Shown piece after piece: positions 50,237 through 60,147 of a DNA stretch of 64,000 nt. Within the stretch, counting starts at the first letter, position 1. Every line of letters starts with the position of its first letter. This stretch comes from an uncultured Spirochaetota bacterium (GTDB lineage Bacteria > Spirochaetota > UBA4802 > UBA5550), in assembly GCA_963827275.1 (NCBI GenBank), contig CAWHAA010000008.1:224001-288000 (forward strand). Reading direction: 5' to 3'. Made by a program: the position numbers and the translations under genes. The notes beneath the pieces are model-generated. The model was not told the DNA's origin and made no database searches. It saw only the letters and a list, made by a program, of their open reading frames with translations.

Positions 50237-52219
50237 TTACTTGCCCTGCGCTTCCTTCGCGCCGGCGATCAGCGTGTCAACGACACTCGGGTCGGCGAGG
50301 GTCGAGGTGTCGCCCATGCCGCTCTTGTCGAAGTCGCTGGCCGCGATCTTCTTGAGGATCCGCCGCATGATCTTGCCTGAACGGGTCTTGGGAAGAACGT
50401 CCGCCCACTGGATGATGTCCGGTGTGGCGATGGGGCCGATCTCCTTGCGGACCGTCGCGACGAGCTCTTTCTTGAGTTCGTCTGACTTCGCAATGCCGGA
50501 TTTCAGCGTTACGAACGCGTAGATCGACTGGCCTTTGATCGGGTGCGGGTAACCGACGACAGCGGACTCGGCCACGTTCTTGTTGGATACGAGGGCCGAT
50601 TCGACTTCAGCGGTGCCCATCCGGTGCCCGGATACGTTGATAACGTCGTCAACGCGGCCGGTGATCTGATAGTAGCCGTCCTTGTCGCGCTTGCAGCCGT
50701 CACCGGTGAAGTATTTGCCCGGGAACTGCGCGAAGTAGGTGTCGAACATCCGCTTAGGATCTCCGTACACGCCTATCATCTGGCCCGGCCATGACCGCTT
50801 GATGCAGAGGTTGCCGGTGCAGACGCCTTCGAGCTCCTTGCCCTCGTCGTCAACGATGCAGGGCTCGACGCCGAAGAAGGGAACCGTCGCCATGGCGGGT
50901 TTGATGTCGATGGCGCCGGGGAGCGGGGTGATGAGGATACCGCCGGTCTCTGTTTGCCACCAGGTGTCAACAATCGGGCACTCGCCGCGGCCGATCTTCT
51001 GATAGTACCAGTTCCAGGCTTCGGGGTTCAGTGGCTCGCCCACTGATCCGAGGAGCTGGAGGCTCTTGATGTTGTGCTTGTCAACCCAGCTGTCGCCTTC
51101 TTTCGCGATGGCGCGGATGGCGGTCGGCGCTGTGTAGAATATGTTGACTTTGTGCTTCTCGACTACTGCCCAGAAGCGGCCCGGATCCGGATAGTTGGGA
51201 ACGCCTTCGAACATGACGGTGGTCGCGCCGTTGGCGAGAGGACCGTAGCAGATGTAGGAGTGCCCGGTTACCCAGCCGATGTCGGCGGTACACCAATAGA
51301 TGTCGCCATCATGGTAATCGAAGATCATCTTGTGGGTAAAGGCACAGAAGGTCAGGTATCCGCCGGTGCTGTGCATGGCGCCTTTCGGCTTTCCGGTTGA
51401 GCCGGAGGTGTAGAGAATGAAGAGAGGATCATTCGCATCGACCTGCTCGGGTTCGCATTTCGCGTCAACCTTCGCCATTTCCGCATCGTACCATTTGTCA
51501 ACCTTGTCGTTCCAGGTGCACTTGATCTGGTCGCCGACCCGTTTCACGACGATGTGGGTTTTTACCTGCGGGCATTCCGTAAGGGCCTTGTCCGCGTTGT
51601 CTTTCTGGGGAACGGCCTTGGCGCCGCGGAACGTACCGTCGCAGGATACGAGCACGCGGGTATCGCTGTCATTGACCCGGTCGCGGAGCGCTTCAGCTGA
51701 GAAGCCGCCGAATACGACACAGTGGACAGCGCCGATGCGTGAAGAGGCGAGAATGCCTATCATCAGCTCGGGAATCATCGGCAGATAGAAAGTGACGCGG
51801 TCGCCTTTCTTGACGCCGTTTTTCTTGAGAACGTTCGCGAATTTGCAGACTTCTTCATGCAGCTGCTTGTAGGTGAACTTCCTCGTTTCGCTGGGGTCGT
51901 TGCCTTCCCAGATGAGGGCTAACTGGTTCCCTCTTTTGTCCAGGTGCCTGTCGAGGCAGTTGTAGGACACGTTCAGTTTGGCGCCCTTGAACCACTCGAC
52001 TTTGAAGTCTTTCATGTCCTTGGCATAGTTGCTGCTGTTGACAACGTCCCATTTCTTGAACCAGGTCACGTACTCCTCGGCAATCTTTGCCCAGAAGGCG
52101 TCTGAATCTGCAAGGGACTCTTTCCACATTTTTTCGTAGTCAGCGCGGCTTTTGATGTATGCCTTTTTTTTGAAACTTTCGGGCACTGGATAAATCTCTT
52201 TAAGAGTAACTTCAGCCAT
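50237..52219 (-). CDS. acs: Acetate--CoA ligase
   Basis: [48 protein letters not shown]. Confidence 0.96.
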   Translation of the reverse strand: MAEVTLKEIYPVPESFKKKAYIKSRADYEKMWKESLADSDAFWAKIAEEYVTWFKKWDVVNSSNYAKDMKDFKVEWFKGAKLNVSYNCLDRHLDKRGNQLALIWEGNDPSETRKFTYKQLHEEVCKFANVLKKNGVKKGDRVTFYLPMIPELMIGILASSRIGAVHCVVFGGFSAEALRDRVNDSDTRVLVSCDGTFRGAKAVPQKDNADKALTECPQVKTHIVVKRVGDQIKCTWNDKVDKWYDAEMAKVDAKCEPEQVDANDPLFILYTSGSTGKPKGAMHSTGGYLTFCAFTHKMIFDYHDGDIYWCTADIGWVTGHSYICYGPLANGATTVMFEGVPNYPDPGRFWAVVEKHKVNIFYTAPTAIRAIAKEGDSWVDKHNIKSLQLLGSVGEPLNPEAWNWYYQKIGRGECPIVDTWWQTETGGILITPLPGAIDIKPAMATVPFFGVEPCIVDDEGKELEGVCTGNLCIKRSWPGQMIGVYGDPKRMFDTYFAQFPGKYFTGDGCKRDKDGYYQITGRVDDVINVSGHRMGTAEVESALVSNKNVAESAVVGYPHPIKGQSIYAFVTLKSGIAKSDELKKELVATVRKEIGPIATPDIIQWADVLPKTRSGKIMRRILKKIAASDFDKSGMGDTSTLADPSVVDTLIAGAKEAQGK

Positions 52220-52295
52220 GTACTACCTCCCATAAAATTTTTAATTATTTATTATTGGTCTTCGCCGGTGTATCTATTATTGCAAAACTGCTTAA

Positions 52296-52931
52296 TTACC
52301 GGGGAATCTCAATATATTTTTTTTCGGTCATACTGCGCAACTCTTTTTGCCGCAGATATTCCGATATTAAACGATCGTATCCGGACGTCATCTCGAAGAC
52401 CTTGACGGCCAGCTGCAAATTGGTCTCCGGCGTTACGGCGCCGTTGTTTGCCCTCATGTCATCGATGACCATCCGGTAGTCATCCGCGTCGACCACGACG
52501 GTCACGCTCTCGAAATTCTTTGCAGCGGACCGGAGGAGCGCGATTCCGCCGATGTCTATGGTGTTCATCACGTCGTTCAAAGAGCGTCCCGCGAAGCCTG
52601 CCGCGTGCTCAAAGCCGTTCACGTTCACCACGACCATGTCGATACTCTCGATGTTATACCGGTCCATCTCGCGGAGATGCTCGGGATTTGAGCGCACACC
52701 CAGCAGACCGCCGTGGATCTTAGGATGGAGGGTCTTGACCCTTCCGTCCATCATTTCGGGAAATCCGGTATAATCGGACACGTCCATGAGCTCCAGTCCG
52801 TTTTCCCTGAGAATCCTGGCCGTTCCTCCAGTTGAAATGAACTGGATATTGTATTTCGCTATCTCCCTGGCAAAATCCACAATTCCGGTCTTGTCGGATA
52901 CACTGAGAAGAGCCTTGCTAATTTTTGCCAT
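52296..52931 (-). CDS. Stand-alone IMP cyclohydrolase-like (PurH N-terminal/MGS) protein
   Basis: ALLSVSDKTG, STGGT, GRVKTLHPKIHGG, IDIGG, AAKN; ends at 211 aa with no AICAR transformylase domain. Confidence 0.85.
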   Translation of the reverse strand: MAKISKALLSVSDKTGIVDFAREIAKYNIQFISTGGTARILRENGLELMDVSDYTGFPEMMDGRVKTLHPKIHGGLLGVRSNPEHLREMDRYNIESIDMVVVNVNGFEHAAGFAGRSLNDVMNTIDIGGIALLRSAAKNFESVTVVVDADDYRMVIDDMRANNGAVTPETNLQLAVKVFEMTSGYDRLISEYLRQKELRSMTEKKYIEIPR

Positions 52932-53096
52932 AGGGATTGATCAAACTTCACAGGATTTTCTCTGAATACGCTTTCTATCGCATGCGTAGTTCGACACAAT
53001 ACCAATTACCAAAGGGTATAATAAAAAAACAAGTATTTTTTGCGTGAATTTCAGAAATGGTCGGTCCGGGAGAGCGCCGAACGGCCGGCCGGCATC

Positions 53097-53747
53097 TCAT
53101 TGTCCGTCGTTTTTGTCCCCGGAACCCCTTCGATTTTTCAGGAGTTTATAGATACCATAACCTGCAACAAACAGGGCGATGAGTATTCCCGCCCCGATAT
53201 TGTAACGCCGGATAAGGTCGCCGGCCCTGTCACGGACGGAGTCCCAGTTGTTTCCAAGGAGAAAGCCGGTCTGAATCCAGATAAGGTTCCAGACACACGC
53301 GCTGATAAGGCTGAAAAAGAAGACCCTGAGCGGGTTCATCCGTGTCAGGCCGGAAACGAGTGAAATGACCGACCTGATGCCGGGCAGAAAGCGGTTGGCA
53401 AGCACCACGAAGGAGCCGTACCGGGCAAACCATGATTCCGCGGCGAGTATGCTCCGTGCTGAAAAGAAACGGTAGTTTTTTTTCATGAAAAATTCCCGCT
53501 CGAGGAGCCGGCCGGCGAAGGAGAGGGCCATGAACCCGGCCACGCTCCCGGCGGTCGTTGCGAGATACACAAGGGGATAGGAAAGCCTTCCGGTGCCGAC
53601 CAGGAACGCCCCGAGAATGGTAATGGTGTCGCCGGGGATGGGCGGAAACAGGTTCTCGATGACCGCGCTGGCGAACAGGAATACGTACAGAAACAGGTCA
53701 TTCCGGGGAAGCAGAAAGGCGATGATGTCATTGATGGCTTGTTGCAT
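53097..53747 (-). CDS. DedA-family membrane protein
   Basis: ENLFPPIPGD, NRFLPGIRS. Confidence 0.92.
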   Translation of the reverse strand: MQQAINDIIAFLLPRNDLFLYVFLFASAVIENLFPPIPGDTITILGAFLVGTGRLSYPLVYLATTAGSVAGFMALSFAGRLLEREFFMKKNYRFFSARSILAAESWFARYGSFVVLANRFLPGIRSVISLVSGLTRMNPLRVFFFSLISACVWNLIWIQTGFLLGNNWDSVRDRAGDLIRRYNIGAGILIALFVAGYGIYKLLKNRRGSGDKNDGQ

Positions 53748-53860
53748 ATATCGATGCCGTATCCTAACTTTTACTGCCTGATGGACCCACTCATGCAATC
53801 AGGCCCGGCCGGTTTTTTGCAAGGATTATTTTTTCACCGGCGCCTCCGCGGCCGGGGGCG

Positions 53861-53891
53861 AAAAAAAAGACAGCTTTTTCAAGCTGTCTTT
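53861..53891 (-). terminator. Intrinsic terminator
   Basis: A-tract + AAAGACAGCTT-ttc-AAGCTGTCTTT. Confidence 0.75.
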
Positions 53892-53926
53892 CCGCTGAAC
53901 ATCATATCAGCATTACACGCGGTGCA

Positions 53927-55450
53927 TCAGAAGGAGTAGCGGGTCTCTGAAATTATCATGTTGCGCTCGTCACCGAGCCTCTTCGCGAAGACAAAGCCGA
54001 GGGAGGTGCTGACGCCGTTGGTGAATTTGTACATAAAGTAGGGATAGACGACGTAATCCCAGTTTTTCAGCTTCGGGTCGGCATACAGGGCGAGGCGCAC
54101 CTGAAAGTCAAGGGCGTCGCTCTCAAGGAAACTCCGCGATATGTTGCTGACGAGCATCCACTTGTAGGGGTACTGGTGCCCGTTGCCTTCGTCCACCTGG
54201 TTGCTGATGAAGGACAGGCTGCTCTGCTTCCTGTATTTGAGCACCCACATCTGCCCCAGGTAGAGCCCCACGTATATCTTGGCGAACAGGTTCGGCGATT
54301 CAGGGCCGGTGAGATAGGTGACGGTGGATTTTTTAATCATGTTCATTTCAACATCCATGACCGTGTTCACCCCATCGGTTATGGGTATGATCTTCATGGC
54401 GTTTTTTTTGTCGAGCAGGTCCTTCGTCAGGTTGGCGCTCGCCGATAATTTCCAGGACATCACCTCGCCAAGGCCGAGGCCGATGTCAAGCGCGGGCATC
54501 ATGACGCGGTTGTAGTACATGTTTGTTATCTGCGCCAGGACGCTGAACGCCGGGGCGGTCTGGACGGGCAGCTTTATGAGCGTGTCGGGCATATCGTCAA
54601 AACCGTAAACAAAGCCAAGGCCGTAGCGGAACGAGTTCCCGAGGTTCCCGGAGAGGCGCGCGGCGTACTCGCCGTTCCGCACTTCAAACGGGGGCCGCGT
54701 GATATTGGTCACGCCCCTCTTGTAGAGTGATTCAAGCGGCAGCTTTGCGGGCTGGAATATGGGCATCCAGATTACCTGGAACTGCTGGTTGGCGAAGTAA
54801 AAATTCAGGTTCGCCGCGGTGACGCCGACGCGGCCGAATTCGAAATAGTTGCTCATGGTGGTGTAATCCCACGGGATCACGATGTCCGACGGCGCCTCGA
54901 CGCCCTCGATCTCGCCCCATGATATGATCTGGTGCCCGAGCCGCAGCGAGACGTGCTTGCCGTACAGGTCGACATAGGTCTCCCTGATGTTGATCGTCGG
55001 GTACTTGTTGAGCTCGTCACGCTTGAAGTCGGCATTTGATGCAAAATAGGTGGACTGCATGCCGGGCATCAAAAAATTCGGCCAGTAAAATTTCGGGAAG
55101 TTTGTTTTTTCCCCCGCCGCGTTGTATTCTACCTGCACCGCCGAGAAAAAATGCGCCACATCGTACGCGTTTCCTTCAAACTCGAGCTGGAGCGTGGCCC
55201 CTATCCGCGGGAATTCATACTTCGAGTTGAGCCACTTGTTTCCCTTCGTCCCGATATCGTTCCGGGAAACCACGATGTTTCCCTGGGCGTACCCGTGGAT
55301 CGCGAAGGAGGTGTCCTTCTCCTTTTCCCCGTCGGTCTTGACCGCTCCCTGCTTGTCCTGCTCCTCCGCGAGGTCCTCGATTTGCCCGTAGGACGCGCCG
55401 GTGAAGAACAGGAACAGGGCAATCAGGACTGCTGACCGTAATACTTTCAT
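53927..55450 (-). CDS. Probable outer-membrane beta-barrel (DUF1302-like)
   Basis: Signal peptide; IRETYVD..LRLGHQIISWG; C-terminal ETRYSF. Confidence 0.7.
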   Translation of the reverse strand: MKVLRSAVLIALFLFFTGASYGQIEDLAEEQDKQGAVKTDGEKEKDTSFAIHGYAQGNIVVSRNDIGTKGNKWLNSKYEFPRIGATLQLEFEGNAYDVAHFFSAVQVEYNAAGEKTNFPKFYWPNFLMPGMQSTYFASNADFKRDELNKYPTINIRETYVDLYGKHVSLRLGHQIISWGEIEGVEAPSDIVIPWDYTTMSNYFEFGRVGVTAANLNFYFANQQFQVIWMPIFQPAKLPLESLYKRGVTNITRPPFEVRNGEYAARLSGNLGNSFRYGLGFVYGFDDMPDTLIKLPVQTAPAFSVLAQITNMYYNRVMMPALDIGLGLGEVMSWKLSASANLTKDLLDKKNAMKIIPITDGVNTVMDVEMNMIKKSTVTYLTGPESPNLFAKIYVGLYLGQMWVLKYRKQSSLSFISNQVDEGNGHQYPYKWMLVSNISRSFLESDALDFQVRLALYADPKLKNWDYVVYPYFMYKFTNGVSTSLGFVFAKRLGDERNMIISETRYSF

Positions 55451-55584
55451 TTGACCCTCCAAAAAATATAACATGTGATCAGTATAACGTGAAACAACTA
55501 TCGGGCATCCCTCTCCCCCGGCGGGCGGGGGAGAGGGCGCGTTTCATGCACAATGCCGGTCCGTTCTCCGTGCGGAGAAATAGT

Positions 55585-56427
55585 CTACCACCATTTCTGC
55601 GTGAGATACTGCTCGGTGAAGATGTCCGTCCGCAGGTTCGCTTCACCCTCGGTCTTTACATCGGAAAAGAGCAGGTGGCTCTTCGACCCGGTCTTGACGT
55701 TTTTCATCTCGATGCCGGTCTCGTAATTTACTTTCTGGCCCTTTATGTTGGGCTTGGTGATGAAAGAGAGAAGGCGCAGCTCCTTGATCTTTATGAGGTT
55801 TTCATCATAGTGGTCCCTCTGCAGGGTGAGCAGCGACTTTTTCTCGAAATACGAAACCATCCTCCCGCACCCGTATTCGTTCATGATGCTCTTGTCCCTG
55901 GGTACGGATTCGACCTTGTAGCAATCGAAGGTCTTTCCCTTGAAGGTGACCTTGTCGTCGCCGAGGTACTTGTATTTCCATTCCTGGTAATTCGGTTTGC
56001 CCGTTTCGCCGTTGGTGAAGTCGCTGCCGAAGAAACTCAGCTTTTTATCGGCGCCGGTCACCTTTTTTGCCTTGCGGATGCCCTTCAGGTACACCCACTT
56101 GATGTCAGGCTGTGTCTTGTAGTGGTACATCATGAACGAGTTGCCCTGGTCGTCGGCCGGGGCCATGAAATACGCGATATACATTTCGCAGAACTGCGGG
56201 GTACCCATGTTCGTCGTGTAAACGCCGATCTGGATCATTTTTTTAAACCTGACTTCGCCGCCGCTGCTGAAGATGACAAGCGTTCCCTTTGCCTTGAGCT
56301 TCTCAAAGACAGGGCGGTCGTCGTTCATCTTCATCAACCGTGCGCCCATCTCTTCGGGTGTCTCGGAAAATGCGGCCGGTGAGAAAGCGACCATAACAAG
56401 AAGTGCCAAAACCAATCTGATACGCAT
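55585..56427 (-). CDS. Outer-membrane lipoprotein-sorting (LolA-like) protein
   Basis: F.APAD..G.SF, WVYL, SFFGSDFT, YKVESVP; signal peptide. Confidence 0.8.
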   Translation of the reverse strand: MRIRLVLALLVMVAFSPAAFSETPEEMGARLMKMNDDRPVFEKLKAKGTLVIFSSGGEVRFKKMIQIGVYTTNMGTPQFCEMYIAYFMAPADDQGNSFMMYHYKTQPDIKWVYLKGIRKAKKVTGADKKLSFFGSDFTNGETGKPNYQEWKYKYLGDDKVTFKGKTFDCYKVESVPRDKSIMNEYGCGRMVSYFEKKSLLTLQRDHYDENLIKIKELRLLSFITKPNIKGQKVNYETGIEMKNVKTGSKSHLLFSDVKTEGEANLRTDIFTEQYLTQKWW

Positions 56428-56943
56428 GATGCATTCCTCCATTAAAGTGGTTGTTTTTCAACTATATTTCAGTCAGGCCAGCATGGTTTGTGCGCGACCC
56501 GCTGCCGGTGTGATAGACGGACAGCACGTGCCGATGATAGCCTGTTGGGTGAATTGTGAACAAGATGCACGCGGTCCCTCGCGAGGAACGGCCACTGTCA
56601 CGCGGCGCCGCGCATCCAACCCGATACATCCTTTCAGGACAGTATATTGCGGAATGATTATTGTGGTATGGTACAATCCATTGACATTCCTCCGACTATA
56701 TATTTTTTTATATGTTTAATCACGTGTGCCACGCTAAAACAGCGGATTTTAAAAATCAATATAATTTTTCGCCTGGATCTAAAAAGAACGGTACCCGAAC
56801 TCTCACTGTCCGCGGCGGGCCGGACCTTCAAATTATATTTTTTTATTGAATTATTTACCTGTTGCTGTATTATATTCAGCAGTGATAGGGCGATGGCCGG
56901 CTTCCCCTCTATTTTTCTTGTTACCGGGAGGATTGTTTCGATT

Positions 56944-58890
56944 ATGAAACCAGCTGTTAACGGACCGGTATCGAACAGGCTCAAGACCGGGAATGTAAAA
57001 AAATCATACGGCCCGGTGGCCAACCTTGAGGAATATGTCAATCCCGACTGGTGGAACAAGATCTTCAACGCCGTGTATCTTAAAACGGACGCTGACGCTG
57101 TCGAGGACCATGCCGTCACCGCGCGGGAAGTGGACCTCTTCTCCCGGATCGTGAACCTTTCTCCCGACGACCGGATCCTCGACCTCTCCTGCGGGCAGGG
57201 GCGGCATTCCCTGGAGCTGGCCCGCCGCGGCTTCAGGAACGTAGAAGGCCTCGACCGGTCGCGCTATCTCATACAGCGCGCCAAGATGCAGGCGAGAAAG
57301 GAGTTCCTGAGCGTCAGGTTCCGCGAGGGGGAGGCACGGATGCTGCCCTACAAGCCCGATACCTTCGACGTCCTCTTCATCCTCGGCAACAGCTTCGGCT
57401 ACTTTGAAACGGTCAATGACGACCTGCGGGTGCTGCGCGAAGTCTTCAGGGTGCTGAAGCCGTGGGGGCGGCTCCTGGTCGATGTGGCGGACGGTGACCA
57501 CCTCCGGCATAACTTCCATCCGCGCTCGTGGGATTGGATTGACCGTAACCATTTTGTCTGCCGCGAGCGTTCGATATCCGTTGATAAGCAGCGGCTGATC
57601 TCCCGCGAGGTGGTGACCCACGTGGAAAAGGGGGTCATCGCCGACCAGTTTTACGCGGAGCGCCTGTATAACAGCGAGGGCCTGCAGGAGCTCCTGAACG
57701 CCGCAGGCTTCAGCGACATCGCCCTCCATCACGATGCTGACGGCGGGCCGCCGGCCGCCCAGGAGCCGGCGGCCGGGAAGCGGATCATCATGTCCGCCTG
57801 CGTCAAAAAGGACTGGACGCCGGCCCGGCAGCGGAAGACGGACATCAAGAACGTGACGGTCATCATGGGCGATCCCGCGAAAAAGGACCCGGTCAGGCCG
57901 TCGCTCGTATTCGATGATGACGACCTGTATGACATCGACCAGATGAAGGATGCGCTGAAGGGCCTTGAAGAATACAGCTTCACCTATATCGGCAGTCATG
58001 ATTCGCTGATCAATGACCTGTCGCGGATCAGGAAAAACGCCGATTTTATTTTGAACCTCTGCGACGGGGGCTACAACAACGACGCGCGCAAGGAGCTCCA
58101 TGTCCCCGCGCTCCTGGAGATGATGGACATCCACTACACCGGCCCGGGCCCGCAGTGCCTGGCCTTCTGCCACGATAAGTCCCTGGTGCGCGGCGTCGCG
58201 AAGGAGATGGGGATCCCGGTCGCCAGGGCGTTTTTCATCAAGCCGGAAGACGACACCTTCGAGCTCCCGTTCGGGTTCCCGGTCATCGTCAAGCCCAACA
58301 CGGGCGATTCCAGCTTCGGGATCACGCGGCGGAGCGTGGCGACGGGCATCGAGGAGCTGATGAACGCCATATCGGAAATCAGGGACAAGCTGGGGTACGA
58401 ACGGCCCATCCTGGTGGAGGAATTCCTTCCGGGGAAGGACCTCAGCGTGGGGATCATCGGGAACCTGCCCGGCTCGTACCGCGTGCTGCCGATGATGGAG
58501 GAGGATTATTCCCTGCTGCCGCCTGAATTGCCGAAGATCTGCGGCTACGAGGCGAAGTGGCTCCCGGATTCGCCCTACTGGAAGGTGCGGCCGGTCCCGG
58601 CGGTGATACCCGAGGACACCAGGAAGTATATAGAGGAATGCTGCCTGAAGCTGTTTGAACGTCTCGAGTGCCGCGACCACTGCCGCTTCGACTGGCGGCT
58701 GGACGTCAGGGGAAAGCCGAAGCTCCTCGAGGTGAATCCAAACCCGGGATGGCGCTGGGACGGGCACCTGGCACGGATGGCGGGGTTCGGCGGGATGCCG
58801 TACGCGGAGCTGCTGGGCGAGATCCTCCGCGCCGCTGAGCACCGGATCCGGCTGGCGGGCCTCAAGAACGGCAGCGCGCACAGTGACTGA
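56944..58890 (+). CDS. Class I SAM methyltransferase fused to a D-Ala-D-Ala-ligase-like ATP-grasp domain
   Basis: ILDLSCGQGRHS, GLDRS; HYTG, HDK, VKPN..SSFGI, VEEFLPG, YEAKW, RFDWR, LEVNPNPG. Confidence 0.88.
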   Translation: MKPAVNGPVSNRLKTGNVKKSYGPVANLEEYVNPDWWNKIFNAVYLKTDADAVEDHAVTAREVDLFSRIVNLSPDDRILDLSCGQGRHSLELARRGFRNVEGLDRSRYLIQRAKMQARKEFLSVRFREGEARMLPYKPDTFDVLFILGNSFGYFETVNDDLRVLREVFRVLKPWGRLLVDVADGDHLRHNFHPRSWDWIDRNHFVCRERSISVDKQRLISREVVTHVEKGVIADQFYAERLYNSEGLQELLNAAGFSDIALHHDADGGPPAAQEPAAGKRIIMSACVKKDWTPARQRKTDIKNVTVIMGDPAKKDPVRPSLVFDDDDLYDIDQMKDALKGLEEYSFTYIGSHDSLINDLSRIRKNADFILNLCDGGYNNDARKELHVPALLEMMDIHYTGPGPQCLAFCHDKSLVRGVAKEMGIPVARAFFIKPEDDTFELPFGFPVIVKPNTGDSSFGITRRSVATGIEELMNAISEIRDKLGYERPILVEEFLPGKDLSVGIIGNLPGSYRVLPMMEEDYSLLPPELPKICGYEAKWLPDSPYWKVRPVPAVIPEDTRKYIEECCLKLFERLECRDHCRFDWRLDVRGKPKLLEVNPNPGWRWDGHLARMAGFGGMPYAELLGEILRAAEHRIRLAGLKNGSAHSD

Positions 58891-60067
58891 TACCCGTCCC
58901 CGTCGCATATTCCTCGACCGCGACCTCCAGATTATTTTCGGGATAACGCTGATCTCCGTGATCGGCGTCACGTCGATAGCACCGGCGCTTCCCATGATCG
59001 CGAAAGACCTGCGGCTGACCGGGAGCCAGGTGGTGATGCTCATCACCATATTCACCCTGCCCGGCATATTCCTGTCTCCCGTGATGGGGGTGCTGGCCGA
59101 CCGCTTCGGCAGGAAGAAGGTGATCGTCCCCTCGCTCTTTCTCTTCGGAATTGCCGGCACCGCCTGCGCCTTCACGGACAGCTTCCCTCTCCTGCTCTCG
59201 CTTCGATTTGCAAACGGCGTGGGTGCCGCCGCCCTCGGCGGGCTGAACCAGACGGTCATCGGCGACCTGTTCAACGGCACCGAGCGGGCCGAGGCGCTCG
59301 GGTACAACGCCACGGTCCTGAACATCGGCACCATGGCCTACCCGGCGATCGGCGGCGCCCTGGCCCTCATCGGATGGAGCTATCCCTTTCTGCTGTCCGC
59401 GCTCGCGCTGCCGATGGGGGCGCTGGTGCTGCTCTTCCTCAAAAACCCCGAGCCGTCTTCGCCGCCGCCGATCAGGGGCTACCTGGCCGGCGTCATGAAT
59501 TCGGTGAGCGGCGGCGGGATCGTGCCGGCCTACCTGGCCACCATGGCGGCATTCATGCTGCTCTACGGCGCGCTCCTGGCCTATTTCCCCTTCCTCCTGC
59601 ACGCCAGGTTCGGCGCCTCGCCATCGACGATCGGGCTCATGCTCGCCGCGACGTCCGTGAGCAGCATGCTCGCGGCCTTCAATCTGGGAAGGATTTCGCG
59701 CCGCTTCAGCTATAAAACCATCATTGTCGTCTCGTTCGCCCTCTACGCCGTTGTCCTCGGCGCGGTCCAGTGGATCGACACTATATACCTGATGACGGTG
59801 CCCGTCCTGTTATACGGATTTGCCAACGGCATGAACATTCCCGGTATCCAGACTTTCCTTTCGGGCAACGCCCCCATGGAATACCGCGGCGCATTCATGT
59901 CGATGAATTCGATGGTCCTGCGGCTGGGGCAGACACTGGGGCCGATCTTCACCGGTATCGCATATCACCGGTGGGGCATGGAGGGGGTCTTTTATTCGTC
60001 GGCGCTGTTCGCCGCGGCCTCGTTCCTTGTGCTGGCGGTGGTGCTGAAAAATGACCGCCGAAAATAA
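58883..60067 (+). CDS. MFS transporter
   Basis: About 12 TM; GVLADRFGRKK motif A; start overlaps the upstream gene's 3' end. Confidence 0.92.
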   Translation: MTDTRPRRIFLDRDLQIIFGITLISVIGVTSIAPALPMIAKDLRLTGSQVVMLITIFTLPGIFLSPVMGVLADRFGRKKVIVPSLFLFGIAGTACAFTDSFPLLLSLRFANGVGAAALGGLNQTVIGDLFNGTERAEALGYNATVLNIGTMAYPAIGGALALIGWSYPFLLSALALPMGALVLLFLKNPEPSSPPPIRGYLAGVMNSVSGGGIVPAYLATMAAFMLLYGALLAYFPFLLHARFGASPSTIGLMLAATSVSSMLAAFNLGRISRRFSYKTIIVVSFALYAVVLGAVQWIDTIYLMTVPVLLYGFANGMNIPGIQTFLSGNAPMEYRGAFMSMNSMVLRLGQTLGPIFTGIAYHRWGMEGVFYSSALFAAASFLVLAVVLKNDRRK

Positions 60068-60079
60068 CCGATTTGTTAC

Positions 60080-60107
60080 TTGACAACCGTCCCATTTATA
60101 GTAAAAT
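60080..60107 (+). promoter_or_regulatory. sigma70-type promoter TTGACA-16-TAAAAT
   Basis: Direct match upstream of the OmpA-family gene. Confidence 0.6.
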
Positions 60108-60147
60108 CCCGTGAAGACAATCTGAGCATGCAGAATTATTCACAGGG

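Noticed and set aside
57004..59334. 776-aa antisense ORF (also 298-1626, 34253-35695, 36868-38163, 40436-41734 and similar)
   Set aside because: Shadow ORFs opposite well-supported genes, expected from GC-rich codon bias; no motifs of their own.
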